From Escherichia coli (lineage in GTDB: Bacteria > Pseudomonadota > Gammaproteobacteria > Enterobacterales > Enterobacteriaceae), in the NCBI RefSeq assembly GCF_044324785.1, contig NZ_CP172127.1: a stretch of DNA of 64,000 nt. One strand, 5' to 3'. This document shows positions 61,701 to 64,000 of the stretch, piece after piece (positions within the stretch are counted from its first letter, which is position 1; each line of letters opens with the position of its first letter). The position numbers and the translations under genes are program-made. The notes below the pieces were generated by a model. It did no database searches and had not been told where the DNA came from. It saw nothing but the letters and a program-made list of their open reading frames with translations.

Positions 61701-63223
61701 TGATCGACCCCTTCGCGCAATAGTTCGCGAGCGACATCCCACGCCTCGTTACGCGCCAGCGGGCCGTTGATTGCCACCACCAGCTGATAAGCCTGCTCAA
61801 ACTGGCTGTGCGCGGTTTGCGCCATGCTCATTTTCTGCTCAAGAGAGAGCATTTTTTCAGTCGCTTCCAGCTCTTTCGCCTGGAAGGTTTCCAGCCATTC
61901 GGCGGCGCTGTCGGCGGTTAAGTCCGGCAGATGGCACAGTTCTTTGGCACGATTAAGCGCAGCAATCGCCTGGTTATACTGGATCGCGCGCGTTTGCTGG
62001 ACGTCCAGCGCCTGCTGGTAGTCAGCAAGCTGGCTTTTCAGCTCGTCCACTTCCAGTTCGGCAGCTTCCGCACGAGCCTCATTCTCTTCCTGGCGTTCGA
62101 TGGCTTCTGCCACCACTTCATTTTGCTCTTCCAGACGGATCTGCAGCTCATCGAGATCCGCTTCGTAGCGTTCGATCTTCTCCTGCTGACGCAGTGCGGT
62201 TTGCACCAGGTTCAGGTGATCGCTGGCCGCCTGATAATCCGCTTCCAGATCGCCTTCGGCACCGTTGTGCTCTGCCAGCTCACGCGCCATATCGACGTGT
62301 TTGTACTGCTCCGCCGCCAGTTGCTGACGCGAAGTATGTAGTTCGCGACGAAACTCCAGGGCCTTATCGAGATGGACACGGCGCTCGTTGGCGTGACGCA
62401 TGTAGTCCGCCGCCACGTAGTTGGTGGCTTCGCTGATCAGATGCTTAAACAGGTCGCGGTCCGACTGGGTGACACGAATCGCTTCCAGCGTCATGCGGTT
62501 TTCGCGCAGCGCCGCTTCCATGTCCTGGAACGCTTTCCGCACGCCGCTGTTTTCCGGCAACAGGTAGTCGCGCAGAGAGCGCGTAATGGCGCTGGAGATC
62601 CCGCCGTACAGCGAAGCTTCGATCAGACGATAGAATTTGCTACGGTCAGATGCGGAGCGCAGACGACGCGCGATGATGCCCAGATCGAACATCAGCGAGT
62701 GGTAATCGGTAATGGAGTTGAACTGCTTAAACTGCACGCCTTCCATCGCCTCGAGCTTGTCTTTCAGCTCGTTCAGCGGCAGTACACGCGCCTGGCGTTC
62801 GTTCAGAGTTTCGGTCACCAACTGCGTCGGCTGCACCGACATCGGCAGTCCCTGAATGGCAAATGGTTTGATATCCACTTTACGATCGCGTCCGGCAACC
62901 TGTTGCAGACGCACACCGACCACCACGCGCTGGTGGCGCGAGTTAATGGTGTCGAGCATCGAATAACAGACACCCGCTTTCAGCTTACCGTGCAGACCTT
63001 TATCGCGCGAACCGCTGGTGGCCCCGGCTTCCGTAGTGTTACGGAAGTGCAGCAGGGTCAGGTCGGGGATCAGCGCCGTAACGAACGCCGCCATGGTGGT
63101 GGATTTACCCGCCCCGTTACCGCCGGAGAGCGTCGTAACCAGCTCATCGAGGTCAAAAGTTCGGGCAAAAAAGCCGTTCCAGTTAATCAGCGTCAGTGAG
63201 CGAAATTTACCGCGTTCAATCAT
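58763..63223 (-). CDS. mukB: Chromosome partition protein MukB (SMC-like condensin)
   Basis: Track ORF 1486 aa [47 protein letters not shown]... with long coiled-coil arms. Confidence 0.97.
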   Translation of the reverse strand: MIERGKFRSLTLINWNGFFARTFDLDELVTTLSGGNGAGKSTTMAAFVTALIPDLTLLHFRNTTEAGATSGSRDKGLHGKLKAGVCYSMLDTINSRHQRVVVGVRLQQVAGRDRKVDIKPFAIQGLPMSVQPTQLVTETLNERQARVLPLNELKDKLEAMEGVQFKQFNSITDYHSLMFDLGIIARRLRSASDRSKFYRLIEASLYGGISSAITRSLRDYLLPENSGVRKAFQDMEAALRENRMTLEAIRVTQSDRDLFKHLISEATNYVAADYMRHANERRVHLDKALEFRRELHTSRQQLAAEQYKHVDMARELAEHNGAEGDLEADYQAASDHLNLVQTALRQQEKIERYEADLDELQIRLEEQNEVVAEAIERQEENEARAEAAELEVDELKSQLADYQQALDVQQTRAIQYNQAIAALNRAKELCHLPDLTADSAAEWLETFQAKELEATEKMLSLEQKMSMAQTAHSQFEQAYQLVVAINGPLARNEAWDVARELLREGVDQRHLAEQVQPLRMRLSELEQRLREQQEAERLLADFCKRQGKNFDIDELEALHQELEARIASLSDSVSNAREERMALRQEQEQLQSRIQSLMQRAPVWLAAQNSLNQLSEQCGEEFSSSQDVTEYLQQLLEREREAIVERDEVGARKNAVDEEIERLSQPGGSEDQRLNALAERFGGVLLSEIYDDVSLEDAPYFSALYGPSRHAIVVPDLSQVTEHLEGLSDCPEDLYLIEGDPQSFDDSVFSVDELEKAVVVKIADRQWRYSRFPEVPLFGRAARESRIESLHAEREVLSERFATLSFDVQKTQRLHQAFSRFIGSHLAVAFESDPEAEIRQLNSRRVELERALSNHENDNQQQRIQFEQAKEGVTALNRILPRLNLLADDSLADRVEEIRERLDEAQEAARFVQQFGNQLAKLEPIVSVLQSDPEQFEQLKEDYAYSQQMQRDARQQAFALTEVVQRRAHFSYSDSAEMLSGNSDLNEKLRERLEQAEAERTRAREALRGHAAQLSQYNQVLASLKSSYDTKKELLNDLQRELQDIGVRADSGAEERARIRRDELHAQLSNNRSRRNQLEKALTFCEAEMDNLTRKLRKLERDYFEMREQVVTAKAGWCAVMRMVKDNGVERRLHRRELAYLSADDLRSMSDKALGALRLAVADNEHLRDVLRMSEDPKRPERKIQFFVAVYQHLRERIRQDIIRTDDPVEAIEQMEIELSRLTEELTSREQKLAISSRSVANIIRKTIQREQNRIRMLNQGLQNVSFGQVNSVRLNVNVRETHAMLLDVLSEQHEQHQDLFNSNRLTFSEALAKLYQRLNPQIDMGQRTPQTIGEELLDYRNYLEMEVEVNRGSDGWLRAESGALSTGEAIGTGMSILVMVVQSWEDESRRLRGKDISPCRLLFLDEAARLDARSIATLFELCERLQMQLIIAAPENISPEKGTTYKLVRKVFQNTEHVHVVGLRGFAPQLPETLPGSDEAPSQAS

Positions 63224-63927
63224 TATTCTTCCTCTCCGCTATCTGGCTGATTCTCTTCGGTTTCATCGTTGAGTTGCAGATGATTTTCAATCGGCATTGC
63301 TTCGCCATCACGAATCAGGCGACGCTGTGCTTCACGGGGATCGTCGCCAGCACGCACATCGGCTCCGAAGCGGAACACCGATTCGGTAATGCGGAACTTG
63401 CTGCTGTCGTGGCCCATAAACCACACCATACCCAAACGACGCAGACGGTTGAGCGAAGAACGTACTTTTTCCTGCAACTTCTGGCGGTCAACGTCTGAAC
63501 CGGTTGAACGGTTGTTCACCAGTTTCAGCAGTTTCGCTTCATCGGCCAGGGTGAGCAGTTCGTCGTACAGTTCCTGCTGGGTGAAAATCCCCTCGTTCGC
63601 CAGCCGTTCCGGGCTGAGATAGAGATAACAGAGGATTTTCCCGACCATCATATCCAGTTCCGACAAGACGGAACGAGGGATCAGCGTGGTGGAACGTGGG
63701 CGTAAATAGAAGAACCCTTCTGGTGCGCGAATAAGCTCAACGTTATAACGCGCGTAAAACTCTTCCAGATATTCCTGAAAATCCATCAGGAATGCATGAT
63801 TATCCAGTTCGTCGAGGCCAATATGGCGGCCTGAACGTAAGGCGCTGTCCAGCGCCGGAAATAACGGATTCGCCAGCGCCTGCGCCAGCTTAACCGGCAT
63901 CACTTGTTCAATATTTGTCGATGACAT
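63223..63927 (-). CDS. mukE: Chromosome partition protein MukE
   Basis: Track ORF 63223..63954 trimmed to ATG 63927 ([38 protein letters not shown]...), 234 aa; start set by N-terminus recall. Confidence 0.88.
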
Positions 63928-64000
63928 GCGCCTGTACCTTGGCTCCGTAATCATTAATCGGCTGCCATTTCGCTGGCAGTCCGGTGAAATCTGCTTGCGC
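63908..64000 (-). CDS. mukF: Chromosome partition protein MukF, C-terminal 30 codons (gene continues beyond window end)
   Basis: Minus-strand frame ending ...[30 protein letters not shown] then TGA at 63908-63910; overlaps mukE start by 20 nt. Confidence 0.8.

Overview
This 64-kb window is an uninterrupted block of Escherichia coli-type core chromosome, equivalent to the K-12 mukF-to-appB interval in inverted orientation. Gene order (window 5' to 3'): appB (partial), appC, hyaFEDCBA, tRNA-Ser (serT), yccA, tusE, acyP, rlmI, hspQ, yccU, yccT, mgsA, helD, yccF, yccS, sxy, sulA, ompA, matP, ycbZ, fabA, rmf, pqiCBA, uup, rlmL, ycbX, zapC, pyrD, ycbF-ycbV-ycbU-elfGCDA (chaperone-usher fimbriae), ssuEADCB, pepN, pncB, asnS, ompF, aspC, ycbL, ycbK, ldtD, mukB, mukE, mukF (partial). 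All calls rest on my recognition of the translated ORFs and on sequence features read directly; no database search was run. Many track ORFs start at GTG/TTG or at an upstream in-frame codon, so I trimmed starts to the codon matching the known N-terminus and checked each in the sequence. Every gene has its expected full length and intergenic spacing looks like the reference layout. I see no mobile element, integrase, transposase, CRISPR array, prophage remnant or unfamiliar gene cluster, so I do not find a novel biological system here. The most distinctive signals are a loop-diverged ompF allele (non-K-12 lineage), the intact elf fimbrial operon behind a very AT-rich divergent control region shared with ssuE, the rmf gene missed by the ORF track, and several convergent gene pairs with overlapping 3' ends or shared hairpin terminators.
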